From an uncultured delta proteobacterium (GTDB taxonomy: Bacteria; Myxococcota_A; Polyangia; Haliangiales; Haliangiaceae), in the NCBI GenBank assembly GCA_963848295.1, contig CAWKDB010000010.1, positions 4,064,001 to 4,128,000 of the forward strand: a DNA stretch of 64,000 nt, read 5' to 3'. Position 1 is the first letter of the stretch, and each line of letters opens with the position of its first letter. Both the position numbers and the translations under genes were made by a program. Shown piece after piece: positions 1 to 9,688 of the stretch. The notes beneath the pieces were generated by a model. The model made no database searches, was not told where the DNA came from, and worked only from the letters and a program-made list of their open reading frames with translations.

Positions 1-2097
1 CAGGCCATACGTCGACGCCGTCGTGTGGCGCTCGGCTTGGAAGACGTCGATCGAGTACATGCCGCCGTCGGTCAAGCCCAGCGTCGCCGCCTCGCCGCCT
101 GCCGGCGTGTTCGTCAGTTGCACGCTGCCAGGGGTCTTGCCGTGGACGCCGCCGATGTCGACGACGAGCTGGCCGTTGATGAACACCCACACGTCATCGT
201 CGCCGTCGAAGCTGAACGTCGGCTGCGTGGTCTTGTCGTACGTGAACGGATAGTGGAGCTCGCTCGTGAACGAGAAGTTGTGCGCGTTGCCGTCGCCGGC
301 AGTGTCGGTCTGGATCGACGACGATCCGGGTGCGTTCCACCCGAGGTTGTCGACCGGGAAGAAGTAGTCGTTGCTGTACGAGTAGACGTTCGGCGAGGTC
401 TCGGTGAGCGTCAGCGTCGTCGGGTTCCCGCTCGTATCGAGGAAGACCTCGCTGTCGAACGGGTTCGTCGAGCCGGTGCCGTTACAACCAGTCTGGTGAT
501 ACCACCAGCAGAAGTCGGTCGAATTCGTCAGCGCCTGCGGGTTGCCGATCTTGTTGAACACCGGCTCGCCGTCCGCGCCGAGCGCCGACTTCACCAGCTT
601 GGTCTCGACGCCGGTGTTGTAGTTCTGGAAGTCGGGGCTGCCGGCGCCGGGGCTCAGCGTCAGGAACGTGTTGTAGTAGTGCATATCGCGATACAGGATC
701 GGGATCGTCAGCGTCGATGCCGGCGTCTGGTTCGCGTTGGTGCACGACCAGCCCGACTCGATCTTGCAGTTGTGGTCGCAGCCGTCGCCGTCATTGAGGT
801 TGCCGTCGTCGCACTGCTCGGTGCCAAACACGAGGCCGTCGCCGCACACCGCGGTGCACTGACCGCCTGCGCACTTCGGCTCGATCGTGCAGGTCGGCGA
901 GCAACCGTCGTACGGGATGCGGTTGCCGTCATCGCATTCTTCGGCGGGCGGCTCGAAGGTGCCGTTGCCGCAGTGCGCTTGCGTGCATACGTTGCCGCTG
1001 CAGTTCCATCCGGTCTGCACCGTGCACGTCGCGGTGCAGCCGACGCCGGTGCCGTTGTTCACACCGAGGTCGCAGGCCTCGGCACCGGCCTGGATGCCGT
1101 CGCCGCAGGTCTTCGCGACGCACCTGAGGCCGGAGTGCGGGCACACCCAGCCGGCTTCGAGCATGCACGTCCCCGAGCAGCCATCGTTGGACGTGGTGTT
1201 GCCGTCGTCGCACTGCTCGCTGCCCTCGACCTTGCCGTCGCCGCACACCACGGTCGACACGCACATCTGTCCGGCCATCGGACAGTTGAAGTTCGCTTCG
1301 AGCTGACACGTGCTGCTGCAGCCGTCGCCGGACATCGCGTTGCCGTCATCGCACGTCTCGCCGATGTCGTAGTCGATGACGCTGTTGCCGCAGTACTCGA
1401 CCAGGTTGCACTTCATGCCCGCCGTCGGGCAGCTGTAGCCGGTCTCGATCACGCACGAGCTCGAGCAGCCATCGCCAGAGGACATGTTGCCGTCATCGCA
1501 CTGCTCGCCCGAATCGATGATGCCGTCGCCGCAGATCGGAACCGGCGCCATCACGCACGCGCCGCCGGTATTCGGGCACGTCCAGCCCGGGGTGACCTGC
1601 GAGCAGTCGGCCGCGCAGCCGTTGTTGCCGGTCGTATCGCCGTCGTCACACGCCTCGTTGGCCTCGACGACGCCGTCGCCGCACACGATCGTCGAGATAC
1701 ACGGCTGACCCGCGGTAGGGCAGACGTAGTTCGGTTCGATCTGGCACGTGCCGGAGCAGCCGTCGCCAGGCACGCCGTTGCCGTCGTCGCATTGCTCCGG
1801 CGCCGTGACGATGCCGTCGCCGCAGTACAGCTCCTGGATGCACGGCTCGCCCGCGGTCGGACAGAACCAACCTTTCTCGTCCTGGCAGGTCGCGCTGCAA
1901 CCGTCGCCTGACGTCGTGTTGCCGTCGTCGCACTGTTCGCCGGTTTCGACCACGGAGTTGCCGCACGCCGGACCGTTCGGTCCGCCGGCGTCACTGCCGC
2001 CGCTGCCATTGCTCCCAGCATCGGCCGGATTGTCAGGAGTGTGAGAGCCACAAGCTGCGATTGCGAGAACGGCCAGCATTGACATCCGTCGGAGCAT
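1..2097 (-). CDS. Lipoprotein with ~9 DUF4215 (Myxococcus Cys-rich) repeats and a fibro-slime/PA14 domain; 3' end runs off the window
   Basis: Missing from the ORF track because there is no stop in the window. Manual translation from ATG 2097 gives MLRRMSMLAVLAIAAC (lipobox), then repeats CGDG/CGNS..EQCDDGN...DGCS, then the fibro-slime signature HNFSFTSELHYPF..FDGDDDVWVFINGQLVVDIGGVHG. Confidence 0.9.
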   Translation of the reverse strand, partial: MLRRMSMLAVLAIAACGSHTPDNPADAGSNGSGGSDAGGPNGPACGNSVVETGEQCDDGNTTSGDGCSATCQDEKGWFCPTAGEPCIQELYCGDGIVTAPEQCDDGNGVPGDGCSGTCQIEPNYVCPTAGQPCISTIVCGDGVVEANEACDDGDTTGNNGCAADCSQVTPGWTCPNTGGACVMAPVPICGDGIIDSGEQCDDGNMSSGDGCSSSCVIETGYSCPTAGMKCNLVEYCGNSVIDYDIGETCDDGNAMSGDGCSSTCQLEANFNCPMAGQMCVSTVVCGDGKVEGSEQCDDGNTTSNDGCSGTCMLEAGWVCPHSGLRCVAKTCGDGIQAGAEACDLGVNNGTGVGCTATCTVQTGWNCSGNVCTQAHCGNGTFEPPAEECDDGNRIPYDGCSPTCTIEPKCAGGQCTAVCGDGLVFGTEQCDDGNLNDGDGCDHNCKIESGWSCTNANQTPASTLTIPILYRDMHYYNTFLTLSPGAGSPDFQNYNTGVETKLVKSALGADGEPVFNKIGNPQALTNSTDFCWWYHQTGCNGTGSTNPFDSEVFLDTSGNPTTLTLTETSPNVYSYSNDYFFPVDNLGWNAPGSSSIQTDTAGDGNAHNFSFTSELHYPFTYDKTTQPTFSFDGDDDVWVFINGQLVVDIGGVHGKTPGSVQLTNTPAGGEAATLGLTDGGMYSIDVFQAERHTTASTYGL
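760..1965 (-). repeat. Coding tandem repeat: about nine Cys-rich DUF4215 units
   Basis: Recurrent gttgccgtcgtcgca (CDDGN) and gccgtcgccgca (CGDG) blocks roughly every 130-150 bp. Confidence 0.8.
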
Positions 2098-2242
2098 TAC
2101 CGCCCACGCTACGCTATGTGGAGCCGCTTTTGGGTAGCGCACGGTGTGGACGGATCGGCAGCACACTCCGACGGAGATGTGGTCTCAGGGATACTCGTAA
2201 CGCCGCGAGGCGAGTCGACCCAGCTCGCGCGACTGAGCTAGG

Positions 2243-4822
2243 ATGCCTCGCGCCCCGATGCCGGATCGCACGCTCGTCGCCTCCGCCACGAACTTGTTGA
2301 CGCGAGGGTTCCTCGTCGTGCCCACCGACCGTGAGTCGCGCGCCGGCGACCCGGTCAACGCCCTGTTCTTCGTCGCGCGCGCGCTGCAGCGGGCGATCGC
2401 GTTCAAGCAACCGGCGCGCGCGGTCGCGGTGGTCGAGGCGAACCCCGATACCTCGAAGTGGCCGGCGATCCTCGTCGAGCAAGTCGCGCGGTTGCCCGAG
2501 CTGTGCGCGGCGTACGGCCTCGAGGTCGTCGCCACGACGGGCGAGGTTCACGCGGTCGCGAGCTACACACGCGCCGCGCTCGATGCCGGCGACGACGTCG
2601 TCGTGGTCGGGGTCGACAAGCGCTATGCGCAGCTCGTCGGCGACCGCGCGTGGTGGTACGACGCGGCGAAGGACGCGCGCTACACGCCGGAGATCGTGAT
2701 GAAGCGGTTCGGCGTGGCGCCCGACAAGGTCGCGGGCTGGCTCGGGCTCGTCGGGGACGAGGATGCACTGCCCGGTGTCAAAGGCATCGGCGCGAAAGGC
2801 GCGACGACGCTGGTCGAGACCTACGGTTCGATCGAAGGCGCGATCGCCGAGCTCTCGCGGATGGAGGGCCGGCTCGGCAAGGCGTTGCGCGCGGCCGGCG
2901 ACGATGTCGAGCGCGAGCTGGCGCGGGCGACGCTCGATCAGGCCGTGGCACTACCTCGGCCGCTCGCCGAGCTCGCCTACCGCGTGCCGGATGCCGCCGC
3001 GCTCAACCCGTTGCTCGATCATCTCGGCTTTGCCGAGCTGCTCGTCGCCGAGGGTGGCGCGATCCATGTCGAGGTCTGCGAGACCGGCGACGAGGTCGGA
3101 GCGGCGCTCGCCCGGATCGGCGGCGCCACCGTCTGCATCCACGCGGTGCTCGAAGATCCGGCGCCGGTGCGCAGTGCGCTCGTCGGCGTCGCGTTGACGA
3201 CAGGCGAGGGCAGCGCGTGCTACGTGCCGTGTGCGGCCGCCGGCTGGCCCGGGCTCGCGGCCTGGCTCGCGGATCCGAGCATGCCGAAGGTCGGCCACGA
3301 TCTGGTCGGGACGATGGTGGCGCTGCGGCGGCTCGGCGGTTCGCTCGCAGGTATCGCCGGCGATGCGATGTGCGCGTCACACCTCACGCAACCGAGCAAC
3401 TGGGCGCCGCACGATCTCACGCTCGTCGCGAAGCACGTGCTCGGGCGCGCGCTGCCCGATGTCGACGTCGTGCGCGGTGTCGGCCAGAAGCGCAAGGCCT
3501 GGGCGGCGCTGCCGGTCGAACGAACCGCGGACTTCGCCGCGCACTACGCCGACGCGGCGCTCCGCGTGTGGAACGAGCTCGCGCCCGGCGTCGATCGCGC
3601 CTTGCTCGCCGAGTACCTCGAGCTGTCCGAGGCGCTCGTGCGGATGGAGCTGACCGGGCTGATCGTCGATCCGGCCGAGCTCGACCACGCCGAGCGTGCG
3701 TTCGCCGCGATCGAAGCCGAGCTCACGCAACAGATCGAGGCGCTCGCCGGCCATGCGTTCAACATCAACTCGGGCAAGCAGCTCGGCACGGTGCTGTTCG
3801 AGGAGCTGAAGCTGCCGGTCGTCAGTCACACGAAGACCGGCTGGAGCACCGCGATCGAAGCGCTCGAGCGGATCGAGCACGCGCACCCGATCGTGGCGCT
3901 CGTGATTCGGTGGCGCCTGCTGCGCCGGTTGCGCGATAGCTGGGTGATCGCGCTGCGCCGCTGCATCGACGACGACGGCCGCGTGCATTCGCGATGTCAC
4001 CCGGCGCGCTCGTTCTCCGGCCACCTGATCAACACGAACCCGGACCTCGCGCGCGTGCCCGGCCGCACGCCCGAGATGAACATGATCCGCCGCGCGTTCA
4101 AGGCGGCGCCGGGCCGGCTGCTGATGTCGGTCGACTTCAACCAGCTCGGCCTGCACGTGCTCGCGCACCTGACGAAGGATCCGGCGCTCGTCGAGCCGCT
4201 GCGCCGGCGCGACGACATGCACGCGCTGACCGCCTCGGCGGTGCTCGACAAGCCGCTCGAGGCGATCACGGCCGACGATCGCCAGCTCGGCAAGGTCGTC
4301 AACTTCGCGACGTTCGCCGGGCAGGGCGCGAGCGCGCTCGCGCTGCAGCTCGGGGTCACCGCGCAGGAAGCGAAGGAGCTGATCGCGCGGTTCGATCGCC
4401 GCTACGCGTCGGTCCGCGCGTTCCAGGACGAGCAGCTGCGGCTCGCCCGCGAGCGCGGCTACATCGTGACGATCGCCGGCCGGCACTGGCCGATCGGCGG
4501 CCTCGAGTCGCTCGATCCGCACGATCGATCCTACGCCGAGCGGCTCGCTCGCCGCGCCACGCACGAAGGCTCGGTGTCCGACGTCTCGCGCCGCGCGCTG
4601 CTCGACGCCGATCGCGCGCTGCGCCGCGAAGGACTCGGCGCGGTGCCACTGCTGCAGATCCTCGACGAGGTGCTGTTCGACGTGCCCGAGGCCGAGCTCG
4701 CGGTCGCCGCGCGCGTCGCGTCGGAGGCGATGCGCCATGCGTTCGAGCTCGAAGTGCCGCTTGTCGTCGGCGTCGAAGTCGGTCGCAACTGGGCCGACCT
4801 CGAGCGGTTCACGGTCGCCTAA
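2243..4822 (+). CDS. polA: Divergent DNA polymerase I-like protein (family A, full three-domain layout, many conserved residues substituted); true start may be ATG 2258
   Basis: H3TH motif LVGDEDALPGVKGIGAKGA; thumb FNINSGKQLGTVLFEEL; motif A SVDFNQLGLHVLAHL; motif B RQLGKVVNF; motif C LLQILDEVLF; C-terminal LEVPLVVGVEVGRNW. Confidence 0.9.
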   Translation: MPRAPMPDRTLVASATNLLTRGFLVVPTDRESRAGDPVNALFFVARALQRAIAFKQPARAVAVVEANPDTSKWPAILVEQVARLPELCAAYGLEVVATTGEVHAVASYTRAALDAGDDVVVVGVDKRYAQLVGDRAWWYDAAKDARYTPEIVMKRFGVAPDKVAGWLGLVGDEDALPGVKGIGAKGATTLVETYGSIEGAIAELSRMEGRLGKALRAAGDDVERELARATLDQAVALPRPLAELAYRVPDAAALNPLLDHLGFAELLVAEGGAIHVEVCETGDEVGAALARIGGATVCIHAVLEDPAPVRSALVGVALTTGEGSACYVPCAAAGWPGLAAWLADPSMPKVGHDLVGTMVALRRLGGSLAGIAGDAMCASHLTQPSNWAPHDLTLVAKHVLGRALPDVDVVRGVGQKRKAWAALPVERTADFAAHYADAALRVWNELAPGVDRALLAEYLELSEALVRMELTGLIVDPAELDHAERAFAAIEAELTQQIEALAGHAFNINSGKQLGTVLFEELKLPVVSHTKTGWSTAIEALERIEHAHPIVALVIRWRLLRRLRDSWVIALRRCIDDDGRVHSRCHPARSFSGHLINTNPDLARVPGRTPEMNMIRRAFKAAPGRLLMSVDFNQLGLHVLAHLTKDPALVEPLRRRDDMHALTASAVLDKPLEAITADDRQLGKVVNFATFAGQGASALALQLGVTAQEAKELIARFDRRYASVRAFQDEQLRLARERGYIVTIAGRHWPIGGLESLDPHDRSYAERLARRATHEGSVSDVSRRALLDADRALRREGLGAVPLLQILDEVLFDVPEAELAVAARVASEAMRHAFELEVPLVVGVEVGRNWADLERFTVA

Positions 4823-4855
4823 GAAGGCGACACGCACGTCGGTGACGCGCAGCGA

Positions 4856-5242
4856 TCACATGCGCTGCCACAGCACTTCGGTGCTCGCAACACGCGTTTG
4901 CGCCGCATCGTCCCAATGCACCCACACGGCGAGATTCCGTTGCGGCCGATCGGCATAGATCGTCCAGGAATCATCGTCCTCGTCGAGCTCGAGCGGATGG
5001 CCAAGCGCGCGCAGCTCGGCGATAATATCGTCTAGCTCGCGCCGGGGCTCGCGCGAGGTCAGGAGACGCGGCGCGACGATGTCGTGCAGCTTCGCAGCCA
5101 ACCGCTCTGATGCGAATGGCATCGCGCTCGGTTCCCGCCAGCGCCCGAAGAAGCTTGGCAGAAGCTCCGCGAGCCAGCTCCGCACGGTCCATCGGCGCTC
5201 GTACGAGAAGTTGTTGGCGTGGAATTCGGACGGAACCGGCAC
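4856..5242 (-). CDS. Hypothetical protein (128 aa)
   Basis: Protein-like composition; fills the gap between polA and the kinase; TAGATT hexamer 7 nt upstream of the GTG. Confidence 0.55.
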   Translation of the reverse strand: MPVPSEFHANNFSYERRWTVRSWLAELLPSFFGRWREPSAMPFASERLAAKLHDIVAPRLLTSREPRRELDDIIAELRALGHPLELDEDDDSWTIYADRPQRNLAVWVHWDDAAQTRVASTEVLWQRM

Positions 5243-5283
5243 GGTCGCGAATCTACAGCCGCGGATGTCACGGCGCTAGGTGG

Positions 5284-6948
5284 CTAGCGGCGCTGCGCCG
5301 CGATCAGCTTCGTGTCCTCGTCGATCGGCTCGGCCCACGGATGCTCGCGCAGGATCGCGCGCGCGCGTTGGCGCAGCTCGTCGGGTAGGGCGGCGCGCTG
5401 GGCCTGTGCGAACGCGGTCGCGAGCTCGGCGGCAGTCTGGAACCGCAAATCGCGAGACTTCGCGAGCGCGATCGCGAGCACCGCTTCGAACGCGGGCGGC
5501 ACGCTCGTGATCGCGCCGGGCCGCAGCGGCATCTGGTGCACGACCATGTAGAGCACCGACGCCATGTCGCGCCCGGTGAAAGGCGCCTGACCGGTGAGGC
5601 TGCGATAGATCACGGCACCGAGCGCGTAGACGTCGGCGCGATGATCGACCTGATCACCCTTGGCTTGCTCCGGCGCCATGTACGCGGGCGTGCCGACCAC
5701 GCCGCCATGGGTGAGCGTGCCGCTGCCTTCGCCGAGCTGAGCGACGCCGAAATCGAGCAGCTTCCAGCCGGCGTCCTCGGTGAGAAATAGATTCTGCGGC
5801 TTGATATCGCGATGCACGATGCCGGCCTCGCGCGCGAGCTCGAGCACGCCGGCGATGTGCTCGACGAGGGTCTCGAGTCGCTGCGGTGACAGCCGCGCTT
5901 TCTTGCGCAGCAGATCGTTGAGCGGTTCGCCGCGCAAGCGCTCCATCGCGAGGAACGGTACCGGATCCTCCGGCGTCGACGCCTGCAGCACGCGCACGAC
6001 ATGCGGTGACTCGAGCGAGCTCGCCGCGCGGACCTCGCGCAAGAACCGTTCGACGTAATCGCGTGCGCCGAGCAGCTCGCGCCGCAACAGCTTGACCGCG
6101 CCAGGATCGCCGGTCGTCGTGTGCGTCGCTTCGTAGACCTCGCCCATCGCGCCGCGGCCGAGCACGTTGTCGAGCGCCCACGAGCCGACGACGTGGCCTG
6201 TGAACCGGCCGGGCCCGCCGATCTTCAACGCGCGATCGAGCTCGTGGCGCAGCTCGTTGACCTGCTCGGCGCGTTGCGCCGCGAGGCGCGTCGCCTCTTG
6301 CAGCTCGCTGATCGCTTCGAGCGAGGCGCGCCGTCCGTAGCGCGCCATCAGGAACCCGAGCACGTAGCCCCACTGCAACGTGAGCTGTCCCGCGATCTGC
6401 GCGGGGATCGACGTCGAGTGCCGCACCGGATACAGCCCCGGATCGTGGATCACCCCGGCGATCACGAGCCCGGCGACGAGCCCGTGGCCGCCAGCGGCGA
6501 GCACGTAGATCGCGGTCGCCGCCGCGATGCTCTCGGTCCGGCAGAAGAAGTACAGCCCGAGCACCGTGAACAACGGCGCGGCCGAGAACTGGCCGACGTA
6601 CAGGATGCCGAGCTGACCGCACAGCACGCACCACAACGCGAGCGCGGACAACTTGCGCGAGTCGAATCGATTCGGGTCGCGCAACTCGGCGTAGAGCCAG
6701 ACGCTCGCGAGCATGCCGATGCCGACGAGCGATAGCAGGACCGCCGCGATCCGGCGATCGCCGGGGATCGCGAGCGCGAGCACGAACACGCCGATGCCGA
6801 GGCCCCAGCCCATGCGCAGGAAAGCGCGCGTACGCTCGACCTCTTCAGTGCGCAGTGCATCGGTCGCGGTCGTCAGCGTCGTGCGCAGGTAGTGCGAGCC
6901 ACCCGCGGTCTGGCCCGGCTCGGTCGAGCCTGATTGGGTCGGGCTCAC
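5284..6948 (-). CDS. Ser/Thr protein kinase with N-terminal multi-TM region and C-terminal kinase domain (554 aa)
   Basis: GTG at 6948 overlaps the upstream TGA (GTGA); ~6 hydrophobic segments, then GRGAMGEVY, AVKLL, HRDIKPQN, DFG, GTPAYMAPE. Confidence 0.9.
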   Translation of the reverse strand: MSPTQSGSTEPGQTAGGSHYLRTTLTTATDALRTEEVERTRAFLRMGWGLGIGVFVLALAIPGDRRIAAVLLSLVGIGMLASVWLYAELRDPNRFDSRKLSALALWCVLCGQLGILYVGQFSAAPLFTVLGLYFFCRTESIAAATAIYVLAAGGHGLVAGLVIAGVIHDPGLYPVRHSTSIPAQIAGQLTLQWGYVLGFLMARYGRRASLEAISELQEATRLAAQRAEQVNELRHELDRALKIGGPGRFTGHVVGSWALDNVLGRGAMGEVYEATHTTTGDPGAVKLLRRELLGARDYVERFLREVRAASSLESPHVVRVLQASTPEDPVPFLAMERLRGEPLNDLLRKKARLSPQRLETLVEHIAGVLELAREAGIVHRDIKPQNLFLTEDAGWKLLDFGVAQLGEGSGTLTHGGVVGTPAYMAPEQAKGDQVDHRADVYALGAVIYRSLTGQAPFTGRDMASVLYMVVHQMPLRPGAITSVPPAFEAVLAIALAKSRDLRFQTAAELATAFAQAQRAALPDELRQRARAILREHPWAEPIDEDTKLIAAQRR

Positions 6949-8693
6949 GCGACCGCCTCCCACGGGTGCTTCGCGATCAACGCGTCGGCGCGCTTGCGCA
7001 GCTTTCCGTCGAGCTCGCCGGCGAGGGCGTGCGCGAACGCATCGGCGAGCGCGTGCCCGGTAGCCGAATCGATCGTCGGCGGACTTCGCGAGCGCGAGTG
7101 CGACCCAGCGATCGACATCCGCGCCGATCGGACCGAGCGCACCCGGGCGCGCTGGCATGCGGTGGACCACCGCATAGAGCAGCGCGGGCGTATCCGGCGC
7201 GGTGAACGGATGGCGCCCGGTCAGGCAGCGATACACGACCGCCGCGATCGCGTAGAGGTCGGCGCGCGCGTCGACCCGCTGGCCGCGCGCTTGCTCCGGC
7301 GCCATGTAGCTCGGCGTGCCGACGATCCCGCCCTGAGTCAACGTCCCGGAGTCGTCGGCGAGCGTCGCCACGCCGAAGTCGAGGATCTTCCAGCACGCGC
7401 CGCCGCGCTCGTCGCGAAACAGGTTCTGCGGCTTGAGATCGCGATGGACGATGCCCGCCGCGCTCGCGGCATCGACCCCCGCGCCGACGTGCTTGCACAG
7501 CTCGAGCACCTCCTCGGTCACGAGCCGGCTGTCTTGGCGAAGTAGATCCGCGAGCGTGTGACCGGTCAGCCGCTCCATCGCGAGGTACGGGACGCCGGCA
7601 TCGGGCGCCGCGGCTTCGAGCACGCGCACGACGTACGGCGACGCGAGCGCACCACTCGCTCTCGATTCGCGCAGGAACCGCGCGACGTGCGTCGGATCCG
7701 CGAGCAGCTCGCGGCGCAGCAGCTTGACCGCGGCGGGCTCGTTCGTGGTGGTCGTGGATCGCTTCGTAGACCTCGCCCATCGCACCTCGCCCGAGCACGT
7801 TGCCGAGCTTGAACGATCCGACGGTCTGATCGGTGTGACGGCCGGGACCGCCGACCCGCAGGGCTCGCTCGAGGTCGGCGCGTAGCTCGTCCATCAACGC
7901 CTTGCGCTGCGACGCGAGGCGAGTCGCGCGTTGCAGGCTCTCGATCGAGTGGCGCGACGCCCGGCGCAGCGCCCGCGCCGTGATGTACGCGAGCACGTAC
8001 GAGCCGAGCACGGCGATCGACGCGGCGGCGAGGGTCAGGCGTGACGTCGCGACATCGGTCGCGAACACGCCCGGATCGGCGATCACGCCGGCGACGATCA
8101 GGCCCGACGCGATCGCGTAAGACGTGAGGCCGGTGGCGAGCAGATAGCGCGCGGCGCGCTCGGCTTCGCTGCGCGCGGTGAAGTGAATGCCGACCACCAT
8201 GATCGCGGGCGCGGCGGAGTACACGCCGAAGAACAGGATCGCGACGTGCGCGTTGATGATCGCGAGCACGCCGAGCACGAGCAGCGCGCCCCTCGCCGTA
8301 GCGCGCCGGATCGGCGAACCGGCGCCAGAAGTAGAAGCTCATCACGATGCCCCACACCATCGCGGCGATGAACGCGATCGTCATCGCGCGCGGCGCCTCG
8401 ACGAACGGCACCGCACCCATCGCGCCGAGGCTCGCGAGCCAGCCGAGCGAGATGAACTGGCGAGTGCGCCGGACCTCGTCCTCGAGCAACGCGTCCGCCA
8501 TCGTCGTCAGCGACATCGACGAGCCGCGGGTCGCGCCGCTGACCTGCGCGGCCGATCGCTTGACCCGCTCGATCGGGCTGCGGGGCGGCGCCGGCGCGGG
8601 GTTCACCAGCCCGGGTCGATCGCCGACCGTCTCCCGGCTCTCGGTGGCGGCACGCGCAGGCCGGCCGTCATCGGTCGGAACGCGATCTGCCAT
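6945..8693 (-). pseudogene. Paralogous multi-TM Ser/Thr kinase interrupted by three +1 frameshifts (sequencing error or recent pseudogene)
   Basis: Pieces lie in ORFs 7566-8693, 6977-8278, 5284-7785 and 6945-7175. Removing one duplicated base near each of 8290, 7751 and 7065 gives a continuous protein with GRGAMGEVY, HRDLKPQN, DFG and APE. Confidence 0.8.
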
Positions 8694-8779
8694 CGCTACG
8701 ATTGTATCGCGAAGCTTGGAGACGCCATCACGGGCCGACGCGGATCAGAGGGTACCTCGTCCCGGCCACCAGCCGAAAG

Positions 8780-9157
8780 TTAACACGCCTCGCCGTAACA
8801 CGCCGCTCCGCGAATCACGCGCCCGGAATCGTCGAGGGATAGCACTTCGGTGACCAAGCGCCGCGCGACGCTCCGGTAGTGGATGACGATCGAGCGAACG
8901 CCGGCATAGACGCCGAGTAACTCGAACCGGATCGGCGGCTGCATCCCGAGCGCCGGTCCCCAGTACGCGCGAATCGCCGCCTTGCCGCGCAACACGCCGC
9001 TCGGCTCGTTCATCCGCTCGATGATCACCGGCGACGCCATCTCGAAGTCATCGCTGTAGTGCGCGAGGATGCGCTCGAGATCGTGCGAGTTCCACGCGGC
9101 GACCCATTCGTCTGCGAACGCGCGCGCGGTGGCCATCGGGATGACAACGGACGACAT
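8780..9157 (-). CDS. SnoaL-like / NTF2-family protein
   Basis: FADEWVAAWNSHDLERILAHYSDD...LRGKAAIRAYW pattern. Confidence 0.9.
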   Translation of the reverse strand: MSSVVIPMATARAFADEWVAAWNSHDLERILAHYSDDFEMASPVIIERMNEPSGVLRGKAAIRAYWGPALGMQPPIRFELLGVYAGVRSIVIHYRSVARRLVTEVLSLDDSGRVIRGAACYGEAC

Positions 9158-9178
9158 CCCCGAGTCGTAGCGCGAATC

Positions 9179-9688
9179 TCAGTCGTTCTGCGCGCCTTGC
9201 GCGATCCAGCGCCGCACGATGTCGCGCGTGGTGACCGCGAGCGTGACCGCCGAATCCGACGGCATCGAGTGCATGCAGTCGCCGCCGGTGCACGCTTGCT
9301 CGAACATGCACTGATCGCCGTCGAGCTTGTGCATCAGATAGCTCATCGACGGATCGCCCGGGGTCACGAAGTTCATCGAGTGCAGCTCGCCGCTCGAGAT
9401 CGAGACGATCGAGGCGAACACCGTGCCCGAGTCCGACCCATTCGCGGTCGACGCGCCGAGGAACACGCTGCCGGTCGGGTTGTCCTGCGAACCGTGACAC
9501 GCGCTCGTCCCGCAGTTGTCGTTGAACACCTTCATCACGTCGGCTTGGAACGACACCGTCGGCGCCATCAAGTCGGTCGACGTCGGCACCGCGTACTCGA
9601 CGCACGGCCCGGCATCCGGAGTCCACACCGGCGGATCGGTGCCGCACGCGCCGGTGATCAGCGCGAGCGCGAGCGCGGGCCGAAGCAT
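9179..9688 (-). CDS. Lipoprotein with CX4CH motif (putative c-type cytochrome)
   Basis: Lipobox ITGAC; CGTSACH; VTPGDPSMSYLMHKL..MP..IVRRWIAQGA resembles a planctomycete-type cytochrome c. Confidence 0.75.
   Translation of the reverse strand: MLRPALALALITGACGTDPPVWTPDAGPCVEYAVPTSTDLMAPTVSFQADVMKVFNDNCGTSACHGSQDNPTGSVFLGASTANGSDSGTVFASIVSISSGELHSMNFVTPGDPSMSYLMHKLDGDQCMFEQACTGGDCMHSMPSDSAVTLAVTTRDIVRRWIAQGAQND

Noticed and set aside
25..1911. 628-aa plus-strand ORF
   Set aside because: Antisense shadow of the minus-strand fibro-slime gene; Arg/Ala/Val-rich with no motifs
2243..4822. Prophage or mobile origin for the polymerase
   Set aside because: No integrase, phage or transposase genes nearby; composition matches the flanks; domain layout is bacterial Pol I
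5284..7785. 833-aa kinase-TM-kinase 'double kinase' ORF
   Set aside because: Artefact of a frameshift near 7065 that joins the upstream kinase to the downstream gene, which has its own GTG at 6948
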